Shown: piece by piece, positions 50,518-61,755 of the stretch
Numbering within the stretch: the first letter of the stretch is position 1
Layout: every line of letters begins with the position of its first letter
Origin: an uncultured delta proteobacterium
Lineage (GTDB): Bacteria > Myxococcota_A > Polyangia > Haliangiales > Haliangiaceae
Length of the DNA: 64,000 nt
Reading direction: 5' to 3'
Assembly: GCA_963848295.1 (NCBI GenBank)
Contig: CAWKDB010000002.1
Location: forward strand, 768,001-832,000
Made by a program: the position numbers and the translations under genes
Notes under the pieces: generated by a model
What the model saw: only the letters and a program-made list of their open reading frames with translations
Told to the model about the DNA's origin: nothing
Databases searched by the model: none

Positions 50518-51423
50518 TTATAGCACCGGCCGCATCGGGACCGGCATCGCGATCAGGATGAAGATCACGAGCACCGCGATCGCGCGGCGGCGGCGCACCG
50601 GGTCGAGTGGCGCGTCGCCGACCGGCGGATGATATTCGCCGGCGTTGCGGCGCATCACCGCGATCAGCACGGCCCACAGCGTCCACGGAATCAGGCCGTA
50701 CTTCGCGTAGCCGAGCGCCTCGGGCACGCTGTAGTCGGCGGCGAGCGCCATCGCGAACATCACACCGCCGACGACGAGCGCGACCACCGGCAGCAGCGCG
50801 TGGAACCGCCCGGACCACTTCTCGTGCGCCTGGCCGAGCACCGCGCGCGCGACGTGGCCGCCATCGAGCTGACCGATCGGCATCAAGTTGATCATCGTGA
50901 CGAGCAGCCCGACCCAGGCCGCGAGCGCCATCGGGTGAAGCTGGACGTCGACACCGTGGCCGGGCAGCCACTGGCCGAACACCGCGTACTTGAGCAGCGC
51001 GTAGAGGATCGAGTTGCCCTCGACATCGCCGTCGATCGGCGACGGTCCGACGTCGGACAGGTACAACCCGATCACGAGCGCCGGGATCGCGACGACGAGC
51101 CCGGCGATCGGGCCCGCGGCACCGACGTCGAACAGCGCGTTGCGATCGTCGATCGGCTTGCGCATCCGGATCACCGCGCCGAGCGTGCCGAGCGAGATCT
51201 GCGGCGGCAGCGGGATGAAGTACGGCAGCGAGACGTCGACCCCGCGCCGGCGGCCGACGAAGTAGTGGCCGAACTCGTGACACACGAGGATCGTCATCAG
51301 CGTCGCCCCGAAGGCGGGGCCGCCGAACCACGTCGTCGTCACGCAGCACGCGGCGAACAACCCGATGTGGATCGCGAGGCCGCGGGTGTCGAATCCGGGG
51401 ACCACGGGCTCGGGCTCTGCCAC
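50518..51423 (-). CDS. Site-2 protease (M50) family intramembrane metalloprotease
   Basis: HEFGH, GTLGAVI, AAGPIAG and NLMPIGQLDGGH motifs. Confidence 0.93.
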   Translation of the reverse strand: MAEPEPVVPGFDTRGLAIHIGLFAACCVTTTWFGGPAFGATLMTILVCHEFGHYFVGRRRGVDVSLPYFIPLPPQISLGTLGAVIRMRKPIDDRNALFDVGAAGPIAGLVVAIPALVIGLYLSDVGPSPIDGDVEGNSILYALLKYAVFGQWLPGHGVDVQLHPMALAAWVGLLVTMINLMPIGQLDGGHVARAVLGQAHEKWSGRFHALLPVVALVVGGVMFAMALAADYSVPEALGYAKYGLIPWTLWAVLIAVMRRNAGEYHPPVGDAPLDPVRRRRAIAVLVIFILIAMPVPMRPVL

Positions 51424-51529
51424 TTGGAGAGTCTAGCGGACGATTCGTGTACGTGTACGAGCACGTGCCACGTGCACGTGCTCGCTCCCAGAAATAGGGA
51501 ATAGGGAAGCTGAAGCGGAACCGAGCACC

Positions 51530-53044
51530 TCAGGGTGCCATGATCAGCTCGTCGCCCTGAACCTCGAGCACGCTCGGCTCGCGCCGGATCTCGCCATCGG
51601 GGGCGATCGTCGCGGGGCCACACGCGCCGTCGTCGAGTCGCGCGTGCGCCAAGCCGGTGCGAAATGCACCGCGCGGATCCGCAGCGCCGGCGACGTCGTG
51701 CCGGACCTGAGCGACCAGGGTCGCGGCATCATAGGCTTCGGCGGCGGCGGCGGTCGGCGCGCGCGACATCCGCTGCGTAAACGCGGCCGAGAAGCTCGAC
51801 GCCTCGTCTCCGCCGAGCTCGCCGGCAAAGCTGTCGACGATCAGCGCACCCTGGACCGCCTGACCTCCGCGGATCGGCAGGCTCGGGTGATGCCAGCCCG
51901 CGCCGCCGACGAGCTGGACGATCTGAGGTACGCGACCGCCGTGCTTGCGGGCGAGCCGCGCCGGGTCGGTGGTCTCGCCGGAGCGCAGCTCGACCCCGAG
52001 GTACGGCAAGAACGCGGCGACCAGGGCCGCGCGATCGTAGCGGTCCGGAATGTAGAGCAGCGAGAACGCGACATCGGGCGAGAACGTCTGCCAGCCGTGC
52101 TTCGGATCTTCGCGCAGGTGCTCGGCGAGCCGGGGATTCGACGCCGGGACGAGCCCGAGGAACTGTTTGACGTCCGGCTCGAGGTCGCCGCCGGTCGGAT
52201 CGTAGGCGCCTCGTGCGGTGACGGCGAGGCCGAGCCGCGTCGCTTCGGCGACGAACGCGCCGGCGGCTTCTTCGCCGGTATCGTCGCGTGGAGCGAGCAC
52301 GCCAACCGTCGGGAAGCCGTCGTCCGCGGCGAGCTTCGCGACCGCGCGGGCCTCGTCGGCTGGCGAATCGACGAGCCGGAACACGCCGCTCGGCGGATCG
52401 GCGCCGTCGGCAGGCGCGAGCAGCGCGATCGGGAGCTGGTGCGCGACCGCGGCGCGCGCTGCCGCGATCGCTTCGCGGGTCCCCGCGGCGCCGAGGATCG
52501 CGACCGCGCCCTTGCCGATCGCGACGTCGACCGCGGCGTAGGCGCCGTCGGGCTCGCCGCGGGTGTCGAGGAACAGCCACCGCGTTCCTTCCGCGGGCGC
52601 GAGCTCGATCGCGGCGCGCAGCTCGCCGCCGATCGCGGCATAGCGTCCGGTCAACGGCAGCAGCACCGCGATCACGGCGGGATCGACCGGCGGCGCCGCG
52701 AGCTCTGCGGTCAGCGCCGCGATCGGAGCTGCCACATCGCCGCGATCGGCCGCAGTCGCCGCGCCGGCGAGCCACGCGCGCGCTTCTGCTTCGTCACCGC
52801 GGTGGTGCGCGAGCCGAGCGAGCCGCAGCGCGAGCCGTGCGGCCGGAGCGCGATCACCGGAGCGCTGCAACGCCGCGACCGCCACCACTTCGGGCAGCGT
52901 GTCGATGCCGGTCGCATCGACGACCGTCGCGAGGTCACCCGGAATCGCCGGCGCGACGTGCCGTTGCGGGACCTCGCGCTCGATCCACGTCGCCTGTGCC
53001 GGGGCGCTGCACGCCGCGAGCGCGACGAGCCAGGCCCGCCTCAT
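51530..53044 (-). CDS. Lipoprotein with periplasmic-binding-protein fold (LpoA/LppC-like)
   Basis: LAAC lipobox; IAVLLPLTGRYA, AVAILG, LYIPD and AAEAYDA motifs. Confidence 0.75.
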   Translation of the reverse strand: MRRAWLVALAACSAPAQATWIEREVPQRHVAPAIPGDLATVVDATGIDTLPEVVAVAALQRSGDRAPAARLALRLARLAHHRGDEAEARAWLAGAATAADRGDVAAPIAALTAELAAPPVDPAVIAVLLPLTGRYAAIGGELRAAIELAPAEGTRWLFLDTRGEPDGAYAAVDVAIGKGAVAILGAAGTREAIAAARAAVAHQLPIALLAPADGADPPSGVFRLVDSPADEARAVAKLAADDGFPTVGVLAPRDDTGEEAAGAFVAEATRLGLAVTARGAYDPTGGDLEPDVKQFLGLVPASNPRLAEHLREDPKHGWQTFSPDVAFSLLYIPDRYDRAALVAAFLPYLGVELRSGETTDPARLARKHGGRVPQIVQLVGGAGWHHPSLPIRGGQAVQGALIVDSFAGELGGDEASSFSAAFTQRMSRAPTAAAAEAYDAATLVAQVRHDVAGAADPRGAFRTGLAHARLDDGACGPATIAPDGEIRREPSVLEVQGDELIMAP

Positions 53045-53940
53045 TCGTCGAGCAGCGAGCGCACGCGATCGATCAGGCGCTTCTTCGGCAGCTCGGGCCG
53101 GGTCTCGCCACTGGCGCGCGCGAGCTCCTCGATCAGCTCGCGCTGCTTCGCGGTCAGCTCCGTCGGGACTTCGATCTGGACGTGGACGAGATGATCACCG
53201 CGCGGCGCGTGCTTGCCGGCGGCTTGCGGGATGCCTCGACCGCGCAGCCGGAACACCCGGCCGGGTTGGGTGCCCTCGGGAATGCGCATCTTGACGTCGC
53301 CGTCGAGCGTCGCGACGTCGAGCACGGCGCCGAGCGCCGCTTGCGAGAACGTGATCGAGTGCTCGCTGCGCACGTCGTTGCCCTCGCGGCGGAACCTGGC
53401 GTGCTCGGCGACTCGCACCGCGACGTGGAGATCGCCATTCGCCGCGCCGCCGCGCCCGCGCTCGCCCTCACCCTTGATCATCTTGATCGCGCCCTGGGTC
53501 GTACCCGGCGGGATCACGACCGTGAACTCGCGCATCGCCCCCGCTCGGCCCGCGTTGTCGGGGATATGGATCGACTTGCTCGTGCCGAACGCCGCCTCGT
53601 CGAACGACACTTCGAGCGTGTAGCGGATGTCCGACCCGCGTTGGTTGACCTTGCGACGCCGCAACACGTCGTTGATCATGTCCTGCGCGGCATCGACGAC
53701 CGCGCCGATCCCGCCGCCCTCGTCGGCCTGGCCCCAGCGATCGTAGCGAGCGCGCGCGTCCGCGTCGGACAGCACCGCGTACGCTTCGTTGATCTCGCGG
53801 AACCGCTCGCCCGCGTCGTCGGGGTTGACGTCGGGGTGATGCTTGCGCGCGAGCTCGCGGAACGCGCGCTTGATGTCCGCCTCGGTGCAACTCTTGTCGA
53901 GCCCGAGCACGACGTAATAATCGCGTTTGCGCTTCGCCAT
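53041..53940 (-). CDS. dnaJ: DnaJ-family co-chaperone without a zinc finger
   Basis: RDYYVVLG, HPD motif, EINEAYAVLSD and C-terminal GTQPG...LRGRGIP; no CxxCxGxG repeats. Confidence 0.88.
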   Translation of the reverse strand: MAKRKRDYYVVLGLDKSCTEADIKRAFRELARKHHPDVNPDDAGERFREINEAYAVLSDADARARYDRWGQADEGGGIGAVVDAAQDMINDVLRRRKVNQRGSDIRYTLEVSFDEAAFGTSKSIHIPDNAGRAGAMREFTVVIPPGTTQGAIKMIKGEGERGRGGAANGDLHVAVRVAEHARFRREGNDVRSEHSITFSQAALGAVLDVATLDGDVKMRIPEGTQPGRVFRLRGRGIPQAAGKHAPRGDHLVHVQIEVPTELTAKQRELIEELARASGETRPELPKKRLIDRVRSLLDE

Positions 53941-55772
53941 CAGGCACCTCCGGCGTCACCGGAGTCGGCGGCGGCATAGATCGCTTCACCGATGCGCTGG
54001 GCCGCGACCTCGAGTCGAGCGAGCGCGTCCTGCACGAGCGCGAGGTCATCGCCTTCGATCACCGCGCGACAATCGGCGAGCTCGGCGACGAGATACTCGC
54101 GCTCCTCGACCGGAAGCAGTCCGCTGAACTCGGCCATCGCTTTATCCGACGAGTAGAACAGACCTTCCGCTTTGTTGCGCGCCTCGACGAGCGCACGCCG
54201 GATCTGATCGGCCTCCTGCATGTCGACCGACTCGATGACGAGCCGTTCGATGTCGTCCTCGGTCAGGCCGGTCGTCGGCTGCACGGTGACGCTCTGGACC
54301 CGCCCGGTGCCGTGATCGTGCGCCGAGACGCTGAGCACGCCATCGGCGTCGATGTCGAACGCGACCTCGATCTTCGGCACGCCGCGCGGCGCCGGCGGAA
54401 TGCCGGTCAGCTCGAAGTGCGCGAGGGACTTGTTATCGGCCGACAGCTCGCGCTCGCCCTGGAGCACGTGGACGTTGACGAACGGCTGGTTGTCGATCGT
54501 CGTCGAGAACACCTCGGTCGCGCGCGCCGGCAGCGCGGTGTTGCGCGGGATCAACCGGGTGAACACGCCGCCCATCGTCTCGATCCCGAGCGACAGCGGC
54601 GTGACGTCGAGCAGCAGCACTTCCTGCACCTCGCCGGTGAGCACGCCGGCCTGGATCGCGGCACCGACCGCGACCACCTCGTCGGGGTTGACGCTGCGGT
54701 TCGCCTCTTTGCCGAACAGCTCGGCGACGAGCGTGTGAACGCGCGGCATCCGGGTCTGGCCCCCGACGAGGATCACGACGTCGATGTCGCTCGACACCAG
54801 CTCGGCGTCGGCGAGCGCGCGCTTGCACGGTTCGAGCGTCGCCTGGACGAGCGGCTCGACGAGCTTCTCGAGCTCGGCCCGGTCGAGCGACAGGATCAGG
54901 TGGCGTGGCCCGTCGGGTCCGGCCGACAGGAACGGCAGGTTGATCTCGGTGACCGGCGCGCTCGACAGCTCGATCTTCGCGCGCTCCGCCGCTTCCTTCA
55001 GCCGCTGGAGCGCCATCCGATCGCCACGCAGGTCGGTGCCGTCGTTGCGCGTCGCGAACTCCGCGAGCATGTGCTCGACGAGCGCGTTGTCGAAGTCCTC
55101 GCCGCCGAGGAACGTGTCACCCGCGGTCGACCGGACGCGAAACACGCCGTTGTCGAGCTCGAGGATCGAGATATCGAACGTGCCGCCGCCCAAGTCGTAG
55201 ACCGCGACCCGCGCCGCACCGCGCGCCTCGACGCCATACGCGAGCGCTGCCGCGGTCGGCTCGTTGACGATGCGCAGCACGTTCAGGCCGGCGATCCGCC
55301 CCGCGTCCTTCGTCGCCTGCCGCTGGGCATCGTCGAAGTACGCCGGCACGGTGACCACCGCTTCGGTCGCCTCTTCGCCGAGCCAATCCTCGGCGGTTTG
55401 CCGCATCTTCTGCAGCACGATCGCGGAGATCTCGGGCGGCGAGTAATCGCGGCCGCGAACCCGGACGTGCGCATCGCCGTTCGGCGCGGCGATCACCTCG
55501 TACGGGCAGGTCAATAGATGCCGCTGGACCTCCGCGTCGTCGAACTTGCGGCCCATCAGCCGCTTGACCGCGTAGATCGTGTTCTCGGCGTTCGTCATCG
55601 CCTGGCGCCGCGCCGCTTGGCCGACGAGGCGCTCGCCGGTCTGCGCGAAGCCGATCACCGACGGCGTCGTCCGGGCGCCCTCGGCGTTCGCGATCACCGA
55701 GGGCGAGTCTCCGTCGATCACGGCGACGCACGAGTTGGTCGTGCCGAGGTCGATCCCGAGGACCCGACTCAT
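53940..55772 (-). CDS. dnaK: Chaperone DnaK (Hsp70)
   Basis: [45 protein letters not shown] and [11 protein letters not shown] motifs. Confidence 0.97.
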   Translation of the reverse strand: MSRVLGIDLGTTNSCVAVIDGDSPSVIANAEGARTTPSVIGFAQTGERLVGQAARRQAMTNAENTIYAVKRLMGRKFDDAEVQRHLLTCPYEVIAAPNGDAHVRVRGRDYSPPEISAIVLQKMRQTAEDWLGEEATEAVVTVPAYFDDAQRQATKDAGRIAGLNVLRIVNEPTAAALAYGVEARGAARVAVYDLGGGTFDISILELDNGVFRVRSTAGDTFLGGEDFDNALVEHMLAEFATRNDGTDLRGDRMALQRLKEAAERAKIELSSAPVTEINLPFLSAGPDGPRHLILSLDRAELEKLVEPLVQATLEPCKRALADAELVSSDIDVVILVGGQTRMPRVHTLVAELFGKEANRSVNPDEVVAVGAAIQAGVLTGEVQEVLLLDVTPLSLGIETMGGVFTRLIPRNTALPARATEVFSTTIDNQPFVNVHVLQGERELSADNKSLAHFELTGIPPAPRGVPKIEVAFDIDADGVLSVSAHDHGTGRVQSVTVQPTTGLTEDDIERLVIESVDMQEADQIRRALVEARNKAEGLFYSSDKAMAEFSGLLPVEEREYLVAELADCRAVIEGDDLALVQDALARLEVAAQRIGEAIYAAADSGDAGGA

Positions 55773-56383
55773 TCCGCGGCGGCCTTCGCCTTCGCGACGA
55801 CGACGAGCGCCGGACGCAGCAGCCGATCACCGATCTTGTAGCCGCGCTGCAGCACCTGGATGACCGTGCCGGGCGCGACCTCGCTCTCGACCTGCGAGAT
55901 CGCCTCGTGCAGGTTCGGATCGAACGGTTGGTTCGCCGCCTCGACCGGCGTGATGTCGAGCCGCTCGAACGCGGTCACGAACTGGCGCAGCACGAGCTGG
56001 ACGCCCTCGACGATCGGCTTCAACACCGGATCGAGCTCGCCGCCGCCCCCGGCGTGCTCGATCGCGCGCTCGAGGTTGTCGACGACCGGCAGCATCTCTT
56101 TGAGCACGCGGTTCTTCGCGTCGGTCTTCGCGTCCTCGATCTCGCGCTTGGTCCGCTTGCGCGTGTTCTCGAGGTCGGCGGCCGCGCGCAGGTAGCGGTC
56201 GTAGTTGTCTTTCTTCTCTTTCTCGAGCTGCGCGATCTTCGTCTCGAGCAGGGCGATCGGGTCCGGCGACTCTGGAGCAGCGCCATTCGCGTCGGGCGGC
56301 TCGACTTCGACCGGAATCACGCCACTGGCATCCGCGCTCGGCTCGCCTGGTGATTCTTCGTCTCGGGTCGGATCTGCGCTCAT
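55769..56383 (-). CDS. grpE: Nucleotide exchange factor GrpE
   Basis: [32 protein letters not shown] and [16 protein letters not shown] motifs. Confidence 0.96.
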   Translation of the reverse strand: MSADPTRDEESPGEPSADASGVIPVEVEPPDANGAAPESPDPIALLETKIAQLEKEKKDNYDRYLRAAADLENTRKRTKREIEDAKTDAKNRVLKEMLPVVDNLERAIEHAGGGGELDPVLKPIVEGVQLVLRQFVTAFERLDITPVEAANQPFDPNLHEAISQVESEVAPGTVIQVLQRGYKIGDRLLRPALVVVAKAKAAAE

Positions 56384-56398
56384 CGGTCGCCAACGATA

Positions 56399-57438
56399 CT
56401 ACGTGCCGCCAAGCTCCGCGAGAAGCTGGGAGACCGTGTCGGCGGTGACGTCCACGACCGACATCACCTTGCCGTAGTTCATCCGCATCGGGCCGATCAC
56501 CGCAAGCGCACCGATCGGCTGGTCCTCGGGGCCGTACGACATCGCGACGACCGAGCTGCCCGACAACGCCGCGGCTTCGGTCTCGGCGCCGAGGAACACC
56601 TGTAGCCCGTCGGCGAGCCGCGTGCGATCGAGCAGGCGGAGCAGCGATTCCTTGTCCTCGAGCGTGCGCAGCAGCTCCTTCGCGCGATCCTGCGCGAGCT
56701 CCTTGTCGTCGAGCAAGTTCGCCTGCCCGGTCACGACGACGTCGGCCGAGCGTTCGGGCTGGGTCACGAACACCGCATGGCCCAAGCGCAGCGCGGCGGC
56801 GACCGCTTCGTCGTAGCGATTCTTGTCCTCGCCGAGCTCGCGGATCACGCGGTCGCGGACTTCGTCGAGCGTCATCCCGGACAACAGCCCGTTCAGGTAG
56901 TTGTGGATGCGCTCGAGCCGGCGCGGATCGACGTCGTCGATGACGAGCCGGTTCTCGATCCGGCCTTCGCTCGTCACGAGCACCGCGATCAGCTTGCCGT
57001 CGCGCAACGGCACGAACTCGATGCGCTCGAGCCGCAACTGCGCCGGATCGGGAGCGACGATGATCGCGGCGTGCTGGGTCAGGTCGGACAACAGGCGTGA
57101 CGCGCGCTGCATGACCTCGTCCGGGTTGGTCGCGGTGACCCGGCCGCGGATCTCGTCTTTTTCGCGCGGCGGTCAGGCCGCGGACGCTGCAGCAAGCTGT
57201 CGATGAAGAACCGCAGGCCGGACTGCGTCGGCACGCGGCCGGCCGAGCTGTGGCGTTGCTCGAGCAGGCCGAGCTCCTCGAGATCGGCCATGACGTTGCG
57301 CACGGTCGCGGGCGACAAGCCGAGATCGTGACGGCGCGTGACCGTGCGCGAGCCCACCGCATCGCCACCGTGGAGGTACTCGGTGACGACCGCGTGCAAG
57401 ATCTTCTGGGCGCGGCGCGTGAGGTCAGACGACGACAT
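56399..57438 (-). CDS. hrcA: Heat-inducible transcription repressor HrcA (frameshifted near 57165-57190)
   Basis: VGSRTV...[28 protein letters not shown] (ORF 57079..57438) and VIGPMRMNY (ORF 56399..57112); upstream of grpE. Confidence 0.92.
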
Positions 57439-57456
57439 GACTGGATCCCGACCAGC

Positions 57457-58539
57457 TTACCAAGCTTGCACGATCCGAGCGGCGATCCGATCGTTCATTA
57501 GAAAGCCGCGCAGAGTCGGGGAGATCCGCGCGCCTTGCCGGGTGGCGAGGCCGGTGGCGACCAGCTCGTCGGCGATCCCGGCCGGGAGGTCCGCCGCGGC
57601 CACCCCGTCGCTGGTGCGCATGCCGAGCCACGCCCGTTCCTGGGCGAGCTCGTCGCCGGACAGCGCCACGTCCTCGCGCGGTCCGCCGCGCGAGGTAGTC
57701 GACGACCCGCCGGGGGTTCGTGCGCGCGCCGGCCGGTGCCATCCGCGGCGACCGCGAGCGAGGCCGCCGACGCGCCGAGCCCGAGGTACGGCGTCGCCGC
57801 GCCAGTACAGCGAGTTGTGCACGGCGCGCGCCGCCCGGCTTCGCGTACGAGCTGACCTCGTAGTGGGCGTAGCCCGCGGCAGTGAGCCGGTCGTGGGTCG
57901 CGGCGTAGAGCTCGGCGAGCTCGTCATCGGGCAGCGGCGCCATCCGCCCGGATCGGACCCGCGCGCCGAACGCGGTGCGATCCTCGATCGTCAGCTCGTA
58001 GATCGAGAGGTGGTCGGCGAGCCCCTGCGACGCCCGGCGGCTCGGCGCGGCGCGAGGTCAGCGGCGTCCCGAGGATGAAATCGGCCGAGACCGCGAAGCC
58101 GGCGGCGCGAGCGCGCTCGACGCGCGGCAGTCCCGTCGCCGAACCGGTGATCGCGACCGAGCACGACGAGCTCGTCGGCGTGGAGCGACTGCACGCCGAT
58201 CGAGATTCGCGTGATCCCGGCGGCGTGCCAGGCGGCGAGCGCGGCCTCGGCGCAATCGATCGGGTTCGCCTCGATCGTGACCTCCTGCGGCTCGCCGCCG
58301 AACCGGTCGCGCACCGCGGCGATCACGCGCGCGAGGCAGTCGGGCTGCCACAACGACGGCGTGCCACCGCCGAAATAGATCGAGATCAACGGCGGCTCGA
58401 ACGCCGGCGCGCGGCGAACGAGCTCGGCGACGATCGCGTCGGCGTAGCGCTCGTGCTCGGGAGTACCGACCTCGACCGCGAAGTCACAGTACGGGCAAAG
58501 CTTGCGGCACCACGGATAGTGGATATAAACGCCGAGCAT
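57457..58539 (-). CDS. hemW: Radical SAM heme chaperone HemW (several frameshifts)
   Basis: [47 protein letters not shown] and HNSLYW spread over different frames; canonical position upstream of hrcA. Confidence 0.88.
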
Positions 58540-59665
58540 GCCCTCCGCGCCAATCTACCTCGACAATGCCGCGTCGACCCGGATCGCCGACCCGGTCCTC
58601 GCGCTGATGACCGAAGTGATGCGCACCGCGTGGGGCAACCCGACGGCGCTGCATCCGCAGGGGGTCGCGGCGCGCGGGTATCTCGAGGCCGCGCGGCAAC
58701 GGCTGGTCGCGGCGCTCGGCGACGGCGACATCGTCTGGACCTCGGGCTGCACCGAGGCGAACGCGCTCGCGGTGCTCGGTGCCGCGCGCACGCACGCCGG
58801 CAAGATCGTCGTGTCGACGTTCGAACATGCGGCGGTGGGCACGCTCGCCGATCGGCTGGCCGCCGAGGGCCGCGAGGTCGTCCGCGTCGCACCGGCGGCC
58901 ACCGGCGTGCTCGATGCCGCGACGTTCGCCCGCGCCGCGGAGGGCGCCGGCGTCGTGTCGCTGATCGCGGTGCAGAACGAGATCGGGCTGGTCCAGCCGC
59001 TCGCCGAGCTCGTCACCGCGATCCGGGCGCGCGCTCCACACGCCCACATTCACGTCGACGCGGCGCAGGCGTTCGGCAAGATCGCGCTGTCGGCGAGCGC
59101 GCTCGCTATCGATTCGATCGCGATCGCGGGCCACAAGCTCCACGGCCCGAAGGGGGTCGGTGCGTTGTGGCTGCGCACCGGCGCCAAGATCGAGCCGCTG
59201 TGGGTCGGAGGTGGTCAGCAACACGGCTTGCGCGGTGGCACGCAGGATGCGCCCGGTGCCGCCGGCCTCGGGCTCGCGGCGGAACGCGCGATCGCCGCGC
59301 TGCCGGTGTCGCGCGCGCGTTGGCTCGAGCATGCGGCACACGTCGTCGCCGGTCTCGAGACGCGCGGCGTCGCGGTGCGTCAGCTCGTGCCGGATCAGCG
59401 GCGCGCACCGCACATCCTCGCGCTCGGCATCCCGGGCGTGCCGGCGTCGGCGATGCGCAGCGTGCTCGCGAGTCGCGGCGTCTACGTGTCGACCGGCTCG
59501 TCGTGCTCGGACGGTGCGGGCAAGCCGTCGGCCGTGCTCGTCACGCTCGGCCTGCCGCCCGACGTCGGCATGGTGCGCTTGTCGTTCGGCCACGACACGA
59601 CCGCCGACGAGATCGCGGCTGCGACGGCGACGCTGGCGGAGGTCGCGACCGAGCTGCGCGCCTAG
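58538..59665 (+). CDS. Cysteine desulfurase (IscS/NifS family)
   Basis: [39 protein letters not shown] and STGSSCS motifs. Confidence 0.93.
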   Translation: MPSAPIYLDNAASTRIADPVLALMTEVMRTAWGNPTALHPQGVAARGYLEAARQRLVAALGDGDIVWTSGCTEANALAVLGAARTHAGKIVVSTFEHAAVGTLADRLAAEGREVVRVAPAATGVLDAATFARAAEGAGVVSLIAVQNEIGLVQPLAELVTAIRARAPHAHIHVDAAQAFGKIALSASALAIDSIAIAGHKLHGPKGVGALWLRTGAKIEPLWVGGGQQHGLRGGTQDAPGAAGLGLAAERAIAALPVSRARWLEHAAHVVAGLETRGVAVRQLVPDQRRAPHILALGIPGVPASAMRSVLASRGVYVSTGSSCSDGAGKPSAVLVTLGLPPDVGMVRLSFGHDTTADEIAAATATLAEVATELRA

Positions 59666-61635
59666 GTATCGGTAAACGCCAGCGTGATCTGGAAGTTCCC
59701 GCCCGGCGATGGGCGTAGCTTCCAGCCGCGGATCGCCCCGATCAGGCACTTGCCGAGCGAGTCGCTGCCGTGATCGGACAGGGTGACGGCGGTGACCGCG
59801 CCATCGCGGTCGATCGTGAGCGACACGGTGATCCGCTTGACCTCGCCGATCGTCAGCGCTTCGGCGCCGCGTTGCGCGCGCATGTAGCAGCGGTTCGTTG
59901 TCGCTTGATGCAGCCGCGCGATGTCTTCGATCTCGTCGCCGCGCAGCGAACCGTGCGAATCGGCAGCGTCGTCCGAGCCGGTCGGCGGATGCGGGGTGTT
60001 CGGCGTGAACGGACGGAACGTCGGATGCGGCTTCGGCGCCACCGCGCTGCCCGGCCCCACCGGATCGAGCGGATTGCGGTGCGGGTCGTCCGGCCGATCG
60101 GTGTCGACATACGTGCCGCGACCGTAGTTGACCTGGTCCTCGTCGTCGCTGCCTTGCATCATGACGACGACGACCGCGGTTGCCGCACCGAGCACGATCG
60201 CCGCGACGATCACGAGCATGAGCATCGCGCGGCGATTCGCGACGACCGGCGGCGGCGGCAGCGCGGTCTCGATGGCGCCATCGGCGGCGAGCCCGGCGGC
60301 GCCGAGCGGACCGGTCGCGGCGAGCGGCGACAGCCCGAGCTCTCCCGGCGACATCCGCTGCACCGAGCCGGTCGTGCGCAGCCCCGGCGCGCGCCCGGTC
60401 TTACTGCGCGCTGGCTTCATCAAGTCGGCGAGGTTGACAACGCGCGACACCTCGCCGATCTCGAGGTTGTCTTCTTCGGGACCGGCATCCGCAACGGCCA
60501 CGGTCTCCTGCGAGGGCGTGTGCACCGGCGGTTGCGGCGGCGCCCAGCCTTCCGCCACCGGACGCGCGGTCGTCTTCGGCTCGACCGAGTCGAACCGATC
60601 GAACATCCGCTTGTTCGCGACCGGATCGGCCGCGGTCGAGATCTCGTCGTTGAACGCGGGCGCTTCGACTTGGGTCAGACCTTCGAGCGCGGTCTCGCTC
60701 GAATCACTCGCATCGAACGCCGCGGCGAGGGCTTGCGCGCCCGGGCTCAGTCCGGGCTGGGTCGCTCCGCGAGCCGGTTTCACGGCGGCCGGCGCGGAGC
60801 CCGCGGGCATCGGCTTCAAGATCGCGGGCTCTGGCTTCGCGGCGATCTTCGCTACCGCTTTGGAGTCGTTCAGCTTGTCGACCGGCTTGCTGTCGAGCTT
60901 GCCGACCGAGGGCACGTTGATCGCTTTGAGCGCGGCCGAGCCATTCGTACGCGGTGCGACCGCGGTCACCGATGGCAGCGGCTGACGCGCGACCGCGCCG
61001 GTACCCGCCGGCGCCATCTTGATCGAGCTCGGCGCGGGCATCGTCGAGATCGGCTCGCTCGCGACGCCCTTCTCGAGCTGCGCCATGGTCGCCGCGAACA
61101 AGGCCTTCGGTTCTTCCTCGACCTGCGGTTGGGCCGCGACGCTCATCCGACTGCCCACGCGCGGCAGCGGCGGCGGCTTCTGCGCCGGCAACGGCTTCTT
61201 ACGCAGGCCGCGGAAGTGGCTGACCTTGTCGACCGGCAGCCAGTCGTCGAAGCCCTCGCTCCAGCAATGCAGATCCGCATCCCACGCTTTACCCGCAACC
61301 CAACGCTGCGCTTCGGCGAGCGTGAACGGTCCGGACTGATCGCCGTCGACCGAGACGTACCACTCCTCTTCGAGCGCGGCCGGCGGCTTCACCGCCGACG
61401 CCGGCTTGCCGTTGCGTGCCGCGGGCAGTGTCTGTTGCGCGAGCGGTGCGGCGGTGGTCGGGCGATTGCGACGACTCGCCGCGTCGCCAGCGCCGGCTTC
61501 GGCGGCGACTTCCATGCCTTCGCGGACCGTGATGACGTTCGCGCAGTTCTTACAGCGGATCTTGAGGATCTTGCCGCGAACGCGATCGTCCCCGATCGAA
61601 TATCGGGTCTTGCATCGGTCACACAGGAACTTCAC
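59662..61635 (-). CDS. Zinc-ribbon + GYF_2 + TM + AgmX/PglI-type C-terminal domain protein (GltJ/AgmX-like)
   Basis: CDRCKTRY...IRCKNC; WYVSVDGDQSGPF...WSEGFDDWLP; TM helix; RCY...VSLTIDRDGAV...LGKCLIGAIRGW. Confidence 0.82.
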   Translation of the reverse strand: MKFLCDRCKTRYSIGDDRVRGKILKIRCKNCANVITVREGMEVAAEAGAGDAASRRNRPTTAAPLAQQTLPAARNGKPASAVKPPAALEEEWYVSVDGDQSGPFTLAEAQRWVAGKAWDADLHCWSEGFDDWLPVDKVSHFRGLRKKPLPAQKPPPLPRVGSRMSVAAQPQVEEEPKALFAATMAQLEKGVASEPISTMPAPSSIKMAPAGTGAVARQPLPSVTAVAPRTNGSAALKAINVPSVGKLDSKPVDKLNDSKAVAKIAAKPEPAILKPMPAGSAPAAVKPARGATQPGLSPGAQALAAAFDASDSSETALEGLTQVEAPAFNDEISTAADPVANKRMFDRFDSVEPKTTARPVAEGWAPPQPPVHTPSQETVAVADAGPEEDNLEIGEVSRVVNLADLMKPARSKTGRAPGLRTTGSVQRMSPGELGLSPLAATGPLGAAGLAADGAIETALPPPPVVANRRAMLMLVIVAAIVLGAATAVVVVMMQGSDDEDQVNYGRGTYVDTDRPDDPHRNPLDPVGPGSAVAPKPHPTFRPFTPNTPHPPTGSDDAADSHGSLRGDEIEDIARLHQATTNRCYMRAQRGAEALTIGEVKRITVSLTIDRDGAVTAVTLSDHGSDSLGKCLIGAIRGWKLRPSPGGNFQITLAFTDT

Positions 61636-61755
61636 GGCGTGGCCTTACGGCTCCCCCTCAGACACTGCGCGGAGACATCGGGCACGATCCGACACGGACC
61701 ATGATTGTGCCCAAAAAGAGCAGTCCTCGCAAAGGGGTAGACCTCGTTGCGATCG

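Noticed and set aside
56384..58600. CIRCE operator for HrcA
   Set aside because: No TTAGCACTC-N9-GAGTGCTAA match was found by eye upstream of hemW, hrcA or grpE.
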